Shown here one piece after another: positions 40,501 to 51,153 of a stretch of DNA of 64,000 nucleotides. Origin of the DNA: Octopus sinensis (Eukaryota). A program made the translations under genes and the position numbers. The first letter of the stretch is position 1. Each line of letters starts with the position of its first letter. The stretch is from NCBI RefSeq assembly GCF_006345805.1, contig NC_043003.1, forward strand, positions 3,658,001 through 3,722,000, given 5' to 3'. The notes beneath the pieces were generated by a model. It was given only the letters and a program-made list of their open reading frames with translations. It was not told the DNA's origin and searched no databases.

Positions 40501-40717
40501 CACACTCCAGAAGTTCCAGGGGGTCTTCAGCTATGTGTGCAGTAGACATGCAGAAGCTATCTCGGCTAATACCACGCAGAGACGATACAACGGACTGGTT
40601 GACGCTTTCACCATCTAGAAAAAACTGATTGCGATCGGGGTAGATGCTGTCTTCGTAATCGGTGTAGCTACGGTTATCGTTGTACATGTCGATTGGCCGG
40701 TACTGGTCATTACGATT
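4574..40717 (-). CDS. TRPM: TRPM-family transient receptor potential channel, N-terminal region, multi-exon, 3'-incomplete: join of 40319-40717, 20895-21077, 13521-13748, 11808-12012, 10872-11067, 8465-8612, 4574-4667
   Basis: All seven exons have AG/GT boundaries and matching phases (0,0,0,1,2,0,1). The spliced translation carries TRPM homology region motifs: [98 protein letters not shown]. Family-level call only; the paralogue is not assigned. Confidence 0.93.
6685..6998 (+). repeat. (ATT)n microsatellite of about 310 bp
   Basis: Direct reading. Others at 7215-7320 and 8222-8380. Confidence 0.97.
7215..7460 (-). mobile_element. Second R4/Dong-type 3' end with an (AAT)n tail
   Basis: [11 protein letters not shown]-terminal motif, a short UTR, then (AAT)/(GAT)n. 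Confidence 0.6.
7555..8222 (-). mobile_element. R4/Dong-type non-LTR retrotransposon 3' fragment (restriction-like endonuclease domain); the 121-bp 3' end is duplicated in tandem
   Basis: The minus strand reads, with frameshifts, [48 protein letters not shown]...KEERKVERY...LGTV...[17 protein letters not shown]. The repeat units start at 7567 and 7688. Confidence 0.85.
8465..8612 (-). CDS. TRPM: TRPM exon (148 nt, phase 2-0): [14 protein letters not shown]...CVKYSQE
   Basis: Acceptor ATTCACAG gives the required phase 2. The in-frame donor is GAG|GTTGGT; a stronger-looking GTAAGT lies 4 nt downstream. Confidence 0.85.
10005..10410 (+). mobile_element. Composite tRNA SINE with an internal (TA)/(TG) microsatellite
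   Basis: Head GTGGCTGTGTGGTAAG...GGTTCAGTCCC and tail ...CAAGTAAAAG(A)GTA. Further copies at about 11160-11550, 25290-25910 (-), 46170-46575 (-) and 51805-52050. Confidence 0.75.
10872..11067 (-). CDS. TRPM: TRPM exon (196 nt, phase 1-2): ESFEMEMQ...[11 protein letters not shown]...YEELQE
   Basis: Acceptor TTTCTACTTTCAG, donor AG|GTAACA; PVV..GG and [14 protein letters not shown] motifs. Confidence 0.94.
11808..12012 (-). CDS. TRPM: TRPM exon (205 nt, phase 0-1): YDGPIVIK...[13 protein letters not shown]...RFFSN
   Basis: Acceptor CCTTTCTCTTCCAG, donor G|GTAAGT; [13 protein letters not shown] matches the TRPM LxxxHTHFILVD motif. Confidence 0.95.
13521..13748 (-). CDS. TRPM: TRPM exon (228 nt, phase 0-0): [13 protein letters not shown]...SSFDGL
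   Basis: Acceptor TTTCAG, donor TTG|GTAAGA; WIITNG and GDA motifs. Confidence 0.94.
14140..14187 (+). ncRNA. Minimal type I hammerhead ribozyme motif (Penelope-type)
   Basis: GUCU-CUGAUGA-AGGGAUAU-ccuuc-AUAUCCCU-GAAA-CAGCUG-UA-AGAC: complete core, 8-bp stem II, palindromic stem III, 4-bp stem I. Predicted cleavage after A14183. Confidence 0.75.
15558..15801. mobile_element. Foldback insertion made of two inverted copies of a hammerhead-bearing terminal repeat, flanked by a 13-bp direct repeat
   Basis: Arms of about 95 bp (15556-15648 and 15674-15770). AATGCTGGATATT occurs at 15545-15557 and 15802-15814. Confidence 0.75.
15610..15653 (-). ncRNA. Minimal hammerhead ribozyme motif in a foldback insertion
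   Basis: ACAC-CUGAUGA-A-GGCUG...CAGCU-GAAA-UG-UU-GUGU: stem I ACAC/GUGU, intact core with an extra A; stem III altered (AUGU instead of ACGU). Confidence 0.5.
16512..16991. mobile_element. tRNA SINE (conserved-core, Nin/Deu-like domain) inserted antisense into a copy of its own family
   Basis: A forward copy (16622-16855) splits a reverse copy; 14-bp TSD GGTATTTAATTTAT at 16608-16621 and 16856-16869. Other family copies at about 5586-5825, 7000-7200, 14865-15060 and 24300-24510. Confidence 0.8.
18103..20320. repeat. Tandem array of about 16 x 138-bp units amplified from the interior of an RTE-derived non-autonomous element
   Basis: CAGTGCCAGTAAGGCAAAGCTGGTATTGATCC recurs at 18242, 18380 and onward. 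The array sits inside an element whose (ATG)n tail is at about 17855; a related single unit lies at 54800-54960. Confidence 0.95.
20895..21077 (-). CDS. TRPM: TRPM exon (183 nt, phase 0-0): [12 protein letters not shown]...FQKGIIK
   Basis: Acceptor TTTTACTTTCAG, donor AAG|GTAAGT; W-x-x-x-x-P-x-x-V-x-S-V motif of TRPM MHR1. Confidence 0.93.
21381..22163 (+). mobile_element. tRNA-headed SINE-like element with a hammerhead-bearing tail, an inverted 5' terminus and a nested insert in its (AAT)n
   Basis: A-box-like TGGCGTAGTGGTT at 21448; 21381-21442 is the reverse complement of the family 3' end; CTGATGA...GAAA at 22070-22101; a second copy lies at about 54557-55155. Confidence 0.7.
25946..29338 (+). 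repeat. Tandem array of 25 x 137-bp units derived from the 3' segment of a tRNA SINE
   Basis: CTTAGC(G/T)..TTCGGCAAAAGAGACCG recurs at 26897, 27034, 27171 and onward. The same segment ends dispersed SINE copies at about 10275-10410 and 11412-11550. Confidence 0.95.
29878..33543 (+). repeat. Polypurine tract of about 3.7 kb, (GAA)n/(GGA)n with a recurrent GGAATAG motif
   Basis: Almost only G and A on the + strand; explains the three poly-L/S/F ORFs on the minus strand. Confidence 0.97.
33560..34460 (+). repeat. Degenerate (GT)n compound microsatellite
   Basis: Direct reading. Similar tracts at 10528-10812, 35684-35905 (GTGTG-type) and 61657-61996. Confidence 0.95.
37221..37611 (-). mobile_element. 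Non-autonomous Helitron (391 bp), same family as 3134-3528
   Basis: Same termini and hairpin; the internal segment differs partly. Confidence 0.85.
39497..39590 (-). other. Candidate 94-nt cassette exon ([31 protein letters not shown]), phase 0-1
   Basis: Acceptor TCTTCTTGCAG, donor CAAG|GTAAGA; only the phase-0 frame is open; its length would shift the frame of the next exon. Confidence 0.45.
40319..40717 (-). CDS. TRPM: TRPM exon (399 nt, phase 0-0): [14 protein letters not shown]...[18 protein letters not shown]
   Basis: Acceptor TTTTTCTTTGTAG, donor CAA|GTAAGC; open frame of 133 codons; PCGNIQF resembles the TRPM FGxIxF motif. Confidence 0.85.
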
Positions 40718-41202
40718 CTACAAAGAAAAACAGAGGAAATGGTAAACAGAAATAATTAAAAGAATGTTAGTAATTACTGTTAATACAAGAACTGAGACGA
40801 AATTTTGAAATGAAGATCAACTTCTTCATCATCATTTTACATCCAATTTTCCATGTTAGCATGAGTTAGATGAATTTTCTGAAGCAGAAGTCTATGGCCA
40901 AATGCCCTTCTTGGTACCAAACTTTTTAAATCCCTTGTTGCAACACACAGGGAGACAATTTGCTTGTTCTAAACCTGGAATATAAACAATCATCATCATC
41001 ATCATCATCCTCCTCATCATCATCAGTTAACTTTTCCATGTTTGCACAGAACTTTTTGAGGTAGGCTTTTCTGTGGCTGGATGTGCTTCCAGTCACTAAC
41101 ACTCACCTGTTTCCAAGTAACGTAATATTTCCCCATGGCCAGACATGTTCTTGTGGAAGATTGGAAACAAATTTGCTTCCATGGATAATGTCTAGGCAAT
41201 AG

Positions 41203-41234
<32 letters not shown>

Positions 41235-41238
41235 CACA

Positions 41239-41280
<42 letters not shown>

Positions 41281-42170
41281 GCATGATTAACTCAAACTGC
41301 TGAATAAATAAAGCATCACATTTGAGAGAGTGCTGAAGGGTTAATAGGGACATTGGCGATGGAGGCCTCACTTTTCTGTCTTTTATTAAATAATCTAAAG
41401 GAAAAGTGGGGACAGTTGGTAGGGAAGGCAGCCTGACCTAAGGTAATTTAGGGGCCGAGAGGTCTGTCTAGTTAGTATTCATAAATGACACTTGAATCTA
41501 TGCTGAAAGAGTTAACACCAGAGAAGAGAGATGGCGCTAGTGTCAAGAGTTGGTAGTGGTGGTAGTGGGAGTGCTGGAGGTATTTAGCATGTTTGCACAC
41601 ACACACACACACACACACAACACTGTGTCACTAAGATAGAGTCATGCACATGCACAAACACACACATATATACACATACACACAGACACGCATACATACA
41701 CATACTCATACACTCAGACATACAAACTCGCACACATTGACATACACAAACACACACATGCATGTATATACACAACACACACACACACACGGATATATTT
41801 TAAGGTCATCATCATCATAATCATCATCATCATCATCACGGACGTTAAATGATGATGATGATGATGATGATGACCTTAGAATATATCCATCAGTCCTTGT
41901 AACCATCAGCATTCTAAAAATAAAGAAGGACAGATTGTGTTCGGTGAATCTTTAGTCGTAATTCACCTGAGATATATGACTATTCTGATTTACAGTGATG
42001 ACCAAAAATACCAAGTAGCTTCCTCTTGTATTGTTGGTGCCATATTGGCAAATGGACAAAATCTACACTGACCAAATGCCAACAACGGTCTCAGACTAAA
42101 GAGATTCTATATTCTAGTTGCTGCTGTTGCTGCTGCTGCTGCTACAACTACCACTACTACTACCACCACC

Positions 42171-42226
<56 letters not shown>

Positions 42227-42523
42227 CACCACCACCACCACCACATACACACATTGTGATACAGACAGGGTGTGTGTATGTAAGAGAGAGAGAGAGCGAG
42301 AGAGAGGTAGATATATTTAAATATACACATTATGTGCAAGCACAGTCACATCTATAAGTATTATACACATATCTGTCTGTCTGTCCATCACCTATCTATC
42401 TATCTATCTATCTATGTGTGCGTGTGTGTGTGTATATATATATATACAATATATATATACACACCAGCATGGAAAATAGACGTTAAAGTATGATGATAAT
42501 GATATGCACACACACACACGCGC

Positions 42524-42564
<41 letters not shown>

Positions 42565-42621
42565 TGGTACACCGGCGATTATAATTAATTTTATTGTATC
42601 GCATTTATCTTTGTTTATATA

Positions 42622-42648
<27 letters not shown>

Positions 42649-42654
<6 letters not shown>

Positions 42655-42940
42655 CAAACTAAAGTTATAGAACAAACAAATGCAAGGTCATCCACATAAC
42701 ACTTCATAACTCGAACATTTAATCATAGAATATACATTTAGACATCACGGAAGATGGAACATAATTCATCTGTACAAGCATATAAGAAAGTGCGAGAAAA
42801 AATGCGTGAATGACGTTCATCACGGTTAAAAGTTAAAACTTTAGCGATTAAGAAATATATATTTTTTTAAATGTTCGAATTATGAAATGATATGTGGATG
42901 ACCTTGCATTTGTTTGTTCTATAACCTTAGTTTGATATAT
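42649..42940. repeat. Imperfect inverted repeat (arms of about 74 bp, spacer of about 145 bp), MITE-like
   Basis: ATATCAAACTAAAGTTATAGAACAAACAAATGCAAGGTCATCCACATA and its reverse complement ending at 42940. Confidence 0.85.
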
Positions 42941-43028
42941 TTGCCTCATTCAATTGAGCACTTCTATAGCAGTCCTATTAAACAGTTTGTTCCTTATGAA
43001 ACATTTTGTTCCTGATAAGAAACAATCA

Positions 43029-43092
<64 letters not shown>

Positions 43093-43255
43093 GGAGAGTT
43101 TACGAAAAAAACAACAAAAGACGAAGATAGGTGGTGTACAAAACAACAGATGTATTAGTATAACGCTCAGGAATAGAAAAAGTCTTTTACGTTTCGAGCC
43201 TACGCTCTTCTATAGAAAGGGACACAGAAAAACAAGGAGAGAAAAAAAATTATTT

Positions 43256-43386
43256 ATATTATATAGAGGGCATTACTATACATAAATGCCACACACTAGG
43301 AGGGACTATGAAAGTCAAAAGTTTTGACTTTAAGAGACCCTCCTAGTGTGTGACATTTATGTGTAGTAATGCCCTCTATATAATAT
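43256..43386. repeat. Near-perfect hairpin with arms of about 65 bp, centred on 43321
   Basis: TATTATATAGAGGGCATTACT...GTCAAAA-G-TTTTGAC...AGTAATGCCCTCTATATAATA, about 5 mismatches. Confidence 0.9.
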
Positions 43387-43635
43387 ATATATATGAGAAA
43401 CAAGTTAAAAATAATGGTCTTTAAATATAAATTCCTTTATTGGAGCGAATCTGGCTTACGGCTGTTTCCAGTAGTCATTATAGGTACACTACCGATAGGT
43501 TTACTTGGTTGGTCTATTGATCAACTGAGGCCAATTGAAAGACCTAACAAAATTAAGGCTACTTGATGAATGGCTATTCTGTGGGGGAAGGTGGGGGATA
43601 ATCCCTCACTATATGCTGGATATATATATATATAT

Positions 43636-44778
43636 ATCATCATCATCATCATCGTCGTTTAACGTCCGTTCTCCATGCTAGCATGGGTTGGACGGTTCGA
43701 CCGGGGTTCTGGGCAGCCAGAAGGCTGCACCAGGCTCCAGTCTAATTTGGCAATGTTTCTACAGCTGGATGCCCTTCCTAACGCCAACCACTCCGTGAGT
43801 GTAGTGGTGCTTTTTACGTGCCACCTGCACAGGTGCCAGGCGGGGCTGGCAACGGCCACGGTCAGATTGGTGTATTTTATGTGCCACCGGCACGGAAGCC
43901 AGTCGAGGCGGTGCTGGCATCGGCCACGAGTTGGATAGTGCTTTTTACGTACCACCAGACCAGGGATCCTGGCTGGTTCAATTCGATTTCGATTTCGCTT
44001 GCCCCAACATGTCTTCACAAGCAAAGGAGGTTGGCATGGGTGCCTGTCGTACGGTCGCATTGGAGTATTTTACGTGCCACGGCCACGAGTCGGATAGTGC
44101 TTTTTACGTACCACCAGGCATGGGATCCTGGCTGGTTCAATTCGGTTTCGATTTCGATTTCGCTTGCCCCAACATGTCTTCGCAAGCATGGGGGGTTGGC
44201 ATGGGTGTCTGTCGTCGGATGAGGTTCTATATCGACTTCGCTTGCTTCAGCCGGTCTTTGTGTCCAAGGGAGGAAAGGCATTCATAAGTGGGCTGGGCTC
44301 ACTTGTCCTGCCTGGTCTTCTCACGTACAGAATATTTCCAAAGGTCTCGGTCTCTGGTCATTTCCTCAGTGAGGCCTAGAGTTCGAAGGTCGTGCTTCAC
44401 CACCTCGTCCCAGGTTTCCTGGGTCTACCTCTCCCACGGGTTCCCTCAACTGCTAGGGATTGGCACTTTCTCACACATCTATCTTCATCCATTCTCGCCA
44501 CATGACCATACCAGCGCAATCGTCTCTCTTGCACACCACAACTGATGCTACTTAGGTACAACATTTCTCTCAAGGTGCTAACGCTCTGTCGAGTATGTAC
44601 ACTGACATTACACATCCATCGGAGCATACTGGCTTCATTCCTCACGAGCTTACGCATGTCCTCAGCAGTCACGGCCCATGTTTCGCTGCCATGTAGCATG
44701 GCTGTTCGTACACACGCATCATACAGTCTGCCTTTTACTCTGAGCGAGAGGCCTTTAGTCACCAGCAGAGGTAAGAGC
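43636..44778 (-). mobile_element. RTE-clade LINE 3' fragment with a well-preserved C-terminal ORF piece and an internal tandem duplication of about 159 bp
   Basis: ORF 44397-44780 reads LLPLLVTKGLSLRVKGRLYDACVRTAMLHGSETW...RRLRWYGHVARM...GRGRPRK. The 3' UTR block is repeated at about 43928 and 44087; (ATG)n tail at 43636-43655. Confidence 0.9.
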
Positions 44779-45947
44779 ATACATAGAAATAGGCATGGCT
44801 GCCTGGTAAGAAGTTTGCTTCCCAGCTAAATGGTTCCAAGCTCAGACTCACTAGGCTTCTACTATAGCCTTGGGCTGACCAAAGCCTTGTGATTGTATTT
44901 GGTAGACGGAAACTGAAAGAAGCCTGTCATGTATATATGTGTGTGTGTGTCCTTGTGCCCCCCCCCACTACTGCTTGACAATTCATCCCCCCCCAGACAT
45001 TTCTTCCACTACACTTAGCAGTATGGTGCCACTCTGATTACCTTTTGCCACATCCTGAAGAGATGTGGCACCAACCAAAGCTGTGACATTGGACTCCCCA
45101 GCAACCAGCAGTGTGTATACAGGACTAACATTTGCCATGTAAGTGTTATACATAGTTATCGGGTAACCAAGTAGATACATCTGGCTGTGTGGCAAAACCC
45201 TTGATTATAAACAATTAATTAGAGCATTCCTCTTCTCTTCACAGGCAGAAAGAAAATAAACCTAAATTCAACTAGAAACAACCCCCTCTTCTGCCTTTCT
45301 GTATCTTTATCTCTTTCTCTCTCCCTCTCCCTCTCTCTCAGGTTCAAAACTTGAGAGTTACAATTATTAAAGTTGGCATAGTGAAAGGTAAATTGGGAGA
45401 GATAGAGATCCTGAAGTGAAAGTAAGCAGATGTGTATTGTGTGCAATTAGTAAGATGGAGGGGAACCTCAACTAGGATCTTTATGAGTCAGGAACACAAA
45501 TACAAAGTCATCTGGAATTTAAGTGGATTGATCTAATGGAATGAATTTGTAGAAGAGAAAGACCAAGTAAGGCATGAGGAAAAAGTTATGAAAGATGATC
45601 TTAGGAGCTTGAATATCATGAAGGAAAAGACAAAGGACTGTACCAAATAGTGAGGTTCTGTGCCAAAGAAACACATCTAATTCATGGCTTTACCAAAAAT
45701 CGGCAAAAAATGATGATGATGATGATACATAGTAGCCATATTGATGTACACTTACTGACTCACATCTGTACACACCTAAGCACACTTACACTACACACAA
45801 ACATACTACTGCTCACCTGTACTCATGTACACACAAGCAGAGTATTACACATCTTTACACTCTGTAAATCTATAAACTAATTCTTCTTAATCAGCAAAAC
45901 AGTTCCTGCCAAAACAGGAAATAAACATTCTGGAAATAGACGCTTAC

Positions 45948-45953
45948 CTCCTT
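45948..45953 (-). CDS. Candidate 6-nt microexon (AAGGAG, Lys-Glu)
   Basis: TTTTTATTGTTTTTGTTCCTTTTCTTAAG|AAGGAG|GTAAGCG: a long pyrimidine tract, then AG and a consensus donor 6 nt apart; frame preserving. Confidence 0.4.
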
Positions 45954-48039
45954 CTTAAGAAAAGGAACAAAAACAATAAAAATAATTAAACAGGAAGGAA
46001 CTGTGGTGGCTTTCAGCCAATGGCTCATTTATTTCTTGGAACTGTTGTTCTTGTTGTCTAACTTCTCTCAGTTTTGATACAGCAGGATCACAATCAAAGA
46101 GGTTTCAGCCATGACCATTCCACATATCTTCAGATTTAATTTATGTGGAGTTACATCAACCACTCTTTTACTCTTTTACTTGTTTCAGTCATGTGACTGT
46201 GGCCATGCCAGAGCACCGCTTTTAGTCAAACAAATTGACCCCAAGACTTACTCTTTGTAAGCCTAGTACATATTCTATCGGCCCCTTTTGCCGAACTGCT
46301 AAGTTACGGGGACGTAAATGCACCAGTGACGGTTGTCAAATGATGTCGGGGGGGGGGGCGGGACAAACACAGACACAGAAACATATACACACACATACAT
46401 ATATACATACACATATACAACAGGCTTCTTTCAGTTTCCACCTACCAAAACCACTCACAAGGCTTTGGTCGGCCCGAGGTTATGGTAGAAGACGCTTGCC
46501 CAAGTGTGTCACACAGTGGGACTGAACCCGGAACCATGTGGTTCGTAAGCAAGCTACTTACCACACAGCCACTCCTATGCTTATAGTAGGAGTACTGCTT
46601 TTTAAAAAAAATGATAAAGTATGATTTGAGAGAGATTTAGGTATTATTTGGTGACCATCATATCAGTTGCTCTACCCTTTCAAAGACTTCTAGAAAAAAA
46701 AATAATTAAAAAACAGGTAAGAGTTGGTGACAGGAAAAGCACCTGATTGTAAAATCCTGCTTCCAATTTTCTGCATGAAACCCATGGTAGCATAGAAAAA
46801 CATTGTTGAACAACTGAACAAAGTATGATAGACAGGGTGTGGCATACATCTTGTATGATTTATGGAATGACTGTGATATTTATAATGTGGCATGTATGTA
46901 TGTGTGTATGTATGTGTGTATATAAATATATATAGAGAGAGAGACAGAGAGAGAAGATGAGAAGGAGGATCTTCTTTGGTCATGAAGGGCTGTGGGATTG
47001 CACCTAGAAAGTTAACCTTCAAAGCACGAGCCTGGGCAAGGTTGTTTATGGAAGACCGGCAGTTGCCCATGCATACCAGCCTCCCCTCTCTGTGCCACCA
47101 ATGTTATCCAAAGGAAAAGCAAAAGGGGCTGATACAGCTTGGCACAAGTGACGTAGCAACTCCTTTCTACAACTGAGTGAACTACAGCAATGTGAAATAA
47201 AGTATGATGTTGAGGAGTGATGCACAGTTCCATAATTTTCAACTCAAGTCAAATATAACCAACTACTCGAAATCCTTGTAAGAGCATCCACATATGTGGA
47301 GTCTGTACCAGCTGGTTTGTACTGAAGAGCTTGTGTAAATTATGCATTTCCTATAGTGTAGACCTGAAACATACATATTAAATGATTTCAAAATATCACT
47401 ATTTGGTTTGGCTTCATTATTACAACTTTCCACAGATACATAAGTACAAGAAAATGTTCAATAGGCATACTGTAAAGGTCTCTTATAGCAGTGCACCTGA
47501 CATAAAACAATTTTAGTAAATAGGCTCAGACCAAGCACAGAGGCAAGGTGTTCCTGCAGAGGAAATGCCACATGCCCTCTAAACATTCAGTACAGTAGAA
47601 AAACTGATATGTCCCACATTATGACAATGTAACTTTGTTATCTGCATGTACCAGTCTACATTGTTTACTGGTAGTGCTACTAACACAGAGTGACCTGACT
47701 AAAATTCTTCACACAGACTTATTATTTTTCACTATGTATAGTTCAGTTCTGTGTAAGAGTTCCAGTTTTATCAGACATTTTTTTCTTCAGAATTTTTTTT
47801 CAATAAAATTTATGTATTTTTCACTGTGTGTAGTTCAGTTCTGTGTTAGTTTTATCTGCCACAGCATGTAGTTCAACTCCTTGTTGCCACTGATATGTCT
47901 TGCATTATGAAGATGTAACTTCGTCATCTTCATGACTGGCCCATATGGCGTACCTTGCTGACTGACACTGCTTGCTGCGTCTGTCTACTATTTATCAGTA
48001 GTGGAACAGCCCACTTCTCACTTGGGGGTCTCCGCCACA

Positions 48040-48345
48040 ACAAAAACCATTGTGTATGATGGGGAGACAATTTGAAGGACTCCTGTGTAGCAATGCAAGT
48101 ATAGAAATATGTGGGTGCAATGGAAAAAGTGGCTTGAAAACGAGGCTCAACGATCACAAGTCCTTGTTTAATATTCAGGAGAATTGTAACATTACAACAT
48201 TACTGAAACATGGGTATGGGTATGGAAAGAAAACACTGTCCAATCAAGTAGAAATGTGGAAAAGTTGGAAAAGTGCAAACTCTGCTTCAACGGCAGTAGG
48301 AGATGCTGACTTTGTTTAGCAGTGGGAAGAATCAGATTGAAGAAT
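48040..48345 (+). mobile_element. Penelope-like element GIY-YIG endonuclease remnant
   Basis: Frameshifted KYVG..LKTRLNDHKSLFNIQENCNITTLLKH...W..LKSANS...GRC.LCL, as in the Penelope GIY-YIG domain. Confidence 0.7.
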
Positions 48346-48645
48346 TCCCTCTGCACAGGTGCCTACCTGAACACTAAAACTGAGCTGTTTTCTCTTGTCC
48401 TCATAAGCAGAAAGTTATCTTAGCCAACTGGTCAGTTCACACCCTAAGTGTGAGGGTTGTCTCTTCCACCATAAAGAAGGAGTGAATTTGGTAGAGGGAA
48501 AATGTGAGGAAGCCTGTTGTGTGTATATACATATACACAAACACATGCACATATATATATGCATGTGTATGTATGTAGCCCTTACTACTACCACCACCAC
48601 CACCACCACCACCACCACCACCACCACCACACCACCACCACCACC

Positions 48646-48682
<37 letters not shown>

Positions 48683-49439
48683 TTACTGCTACCACCACCA
48701 CCACCACCACCACCACCACCACCACCACTGCTACTGCTGCTGATGCTGCAACAAACCATCAGTGTCTGTTGACATGTAAAAGTCATGAGAACTGCTCCTT
48801 TCTGACAAAAAGACAAAATTAAAAAACAAAACAATGTGACAGCAGTATGATTTGAACTGAGGACCCTGTTGACTGTAGTTGAGTTTGTTAGCCTCGGAGT
48901 CATTGCATGTGACATGGCAAAATAGCTGTGAAGTGGGTTAAGGAGGGTTAGGGTGGGGGTGGGGGTGGAGGGAGATTGTTTAGACATAACAATAGTTGAA
49001 GGGTGGAGTGTGAAAGTAAACAACAAAATGTGTGTGTGTGTGTGTGTTTGTGTAAGTGTGAAGGATGTGTGTGTGTGTGTTTGTGTAAGTGTGAAGGATG
49101 TGTGTGTGTGTTTGTGTAAGTGTGAAGGATGTGTGTGTGTGTGTGTGTTAGGCAAGGTTGTGTATGTGTGAGGCAAGGTTATGTGTGTGTGTGAGGTTTA
49201 TTACTGTCACAAAATCTGTCATATTTCCATAAAAAACCAAAAGAATACAACACAAATAAATGCGAATGTCATGTCTAACATTTCTGAGAAAATGGTTAAG
49301 GTTATTCTGAATACCAGAAAGAAAAACACAGCCAAATCAAAAGAGTATTTATTGTTCAGGGATTAATTTCATAGAGGGGGTTTGATGGGTCTGTGAAGTC
49401 ATTTTACTGTCTTTTCCAGTTTGAAATACTGTCGTGTAT

Positions 49440-49725
49440 TAACGTCATATCTGGTGACAGATACAGTGTTTTCTGTAATCAACCTTTAACTTCAACAATT
49501 AGATTCTTAATAAACTACCCAATAATAGTAGGTGTCAGGCAAAAAAGAAGGCACAAAAGATAGTTATGTACAACCCTCTTAAGTATGGAATAACCCAGCT
49601 ATGGAAAATGAAGGTGAAGATAGTGCCAATTATTGTTGGGTCCTTGGGAACAGTATCAGAAGGGATCAAGCGGACTATAATGGAAATTGGAATAGAGTGC
49701 CCAGTAGAACTGTTACAAATGGTTT
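49440..49725 (+). mobile_element. R4/Dong-type RLE endonuclease fragment
   Basis: YNPLKYGITQLWKMKVKIVPIIVGSLGTV...VELLQ matches the RLE C-terminal motif. Confidence 0.75.
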
Positions 49726-51153
49726 GTGATGTGTGTATCTATGAGCGAAACATCTCAAGCACCATGTGGCTCTGGCAGAAGGTAATGGCGAACTTCTGCT
49801 GACTCTTTTGTCACAACTTTCTCTCACTCTTTCCTCCTGCATCTTGCAGCTCACATATGACGGACTGGCATCCCATCCAGGTGGGGAACCTATACGCCAA
49901 TGAAACCGAGAAACCAGCCCTTATGAGCCAGGTGTGGCTTGAGAAGGAACAAACAACAACAACAACAAAGGTGGAATTTAATAATTAATTAATTTCTTGG
50001 ATCACTCTATTATCTTAGCACTGACTTGACTATTGGTTTTCTATGCAGTAGGCATGCCTAGGTATTTTCCTTTAGACATTCTCAAAAAAGCCTTCACTTA
50101 GGAAGAGCTTAAGTCTAATGGATATAGAGGGATTTGAACCTGCGACTCTACAATAGTCAAGCCAGAAACTTTGTACTTCAATAAAACCCAGAGTACAAGC
50201 ATGGTGCTGGGTGGTCAAGAAGCTCACCTTTCAATCATGTGGTTTCAGGTTCAGTCTCACCGAAGGGCACCTTGGGCAAGGGTCTTCTATTTTAGCTTCA
50301 GGACAACCCAAAGCCTTGTCAGTGAATTCGGAGAATGGAAACTGTGTGGAAGCCCATCAATGTGTGTATGTGTCTCTTTGTGTTTGTAGTTGTCATCTTT
50401 ACCTCCCACCATTGCTTGACAAGTGGTGTTGGTTTGTTTACATCCCCCTAACTTAGTGTTACAGCAAAAGAGACTGATGGAATAAGCCCCAAACTTTGAA
50501 GTATGTATTGGGGCCAATTTGTTTGACTAAACCCTTCAAGATAGTGCTACAGTAAAAAACAAACAAACAAAAAACAACCAATCAAACACTGTAGACACAC
50601 AACAGTGCAAAATCAGGGGTACCAGGTTCAAATATGGCCTTCAGCCAAATGGATGATGTTATATTTATAAATCTTTTTTTAGATATGTAATTTACCAACC
50701 ACACAAGACCTGAGGGGTAGGCAAAGGGGGAAAAGTATTTATTTTGGTCTACTACCTGATAACATTAACTCCCCCACCACCACCACCACCATGACCACCG
50801 TCACCACAGTTACTAACACCACTACCACCACTAACAGCTAATGCCCCTACTCCCACTACTGCTACTTCTACCACCACCACCACCACCACCACCATGACAA
50901 GTAGCTAGAGAGAGAAAATTATTATTATAATCCACCCTTGTTTACAGCAGAAAGTGTTCCTTGTTATTTGTAATAAGGTCACATGATATAATTAATGACT
51001 TATTGATCATTAATAATTGATTACTTCTTAATTGTCTTACCATCATAATATGTTAATTAAGGAAAGGTAATTGGTAGAAAGTGAATCTACTTATAACTGA
51101 TGGGTTTTAATAAAACAAGTTTGACCATGAGTGTATAAATATATATGCAAGTA

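Noticed and set aside
44983-45195. Short ORF with GATSLQDV resembling a Helitron Rep-Hel motif
   Set aside because: Similarity covers only a few residues; cannot be supported.
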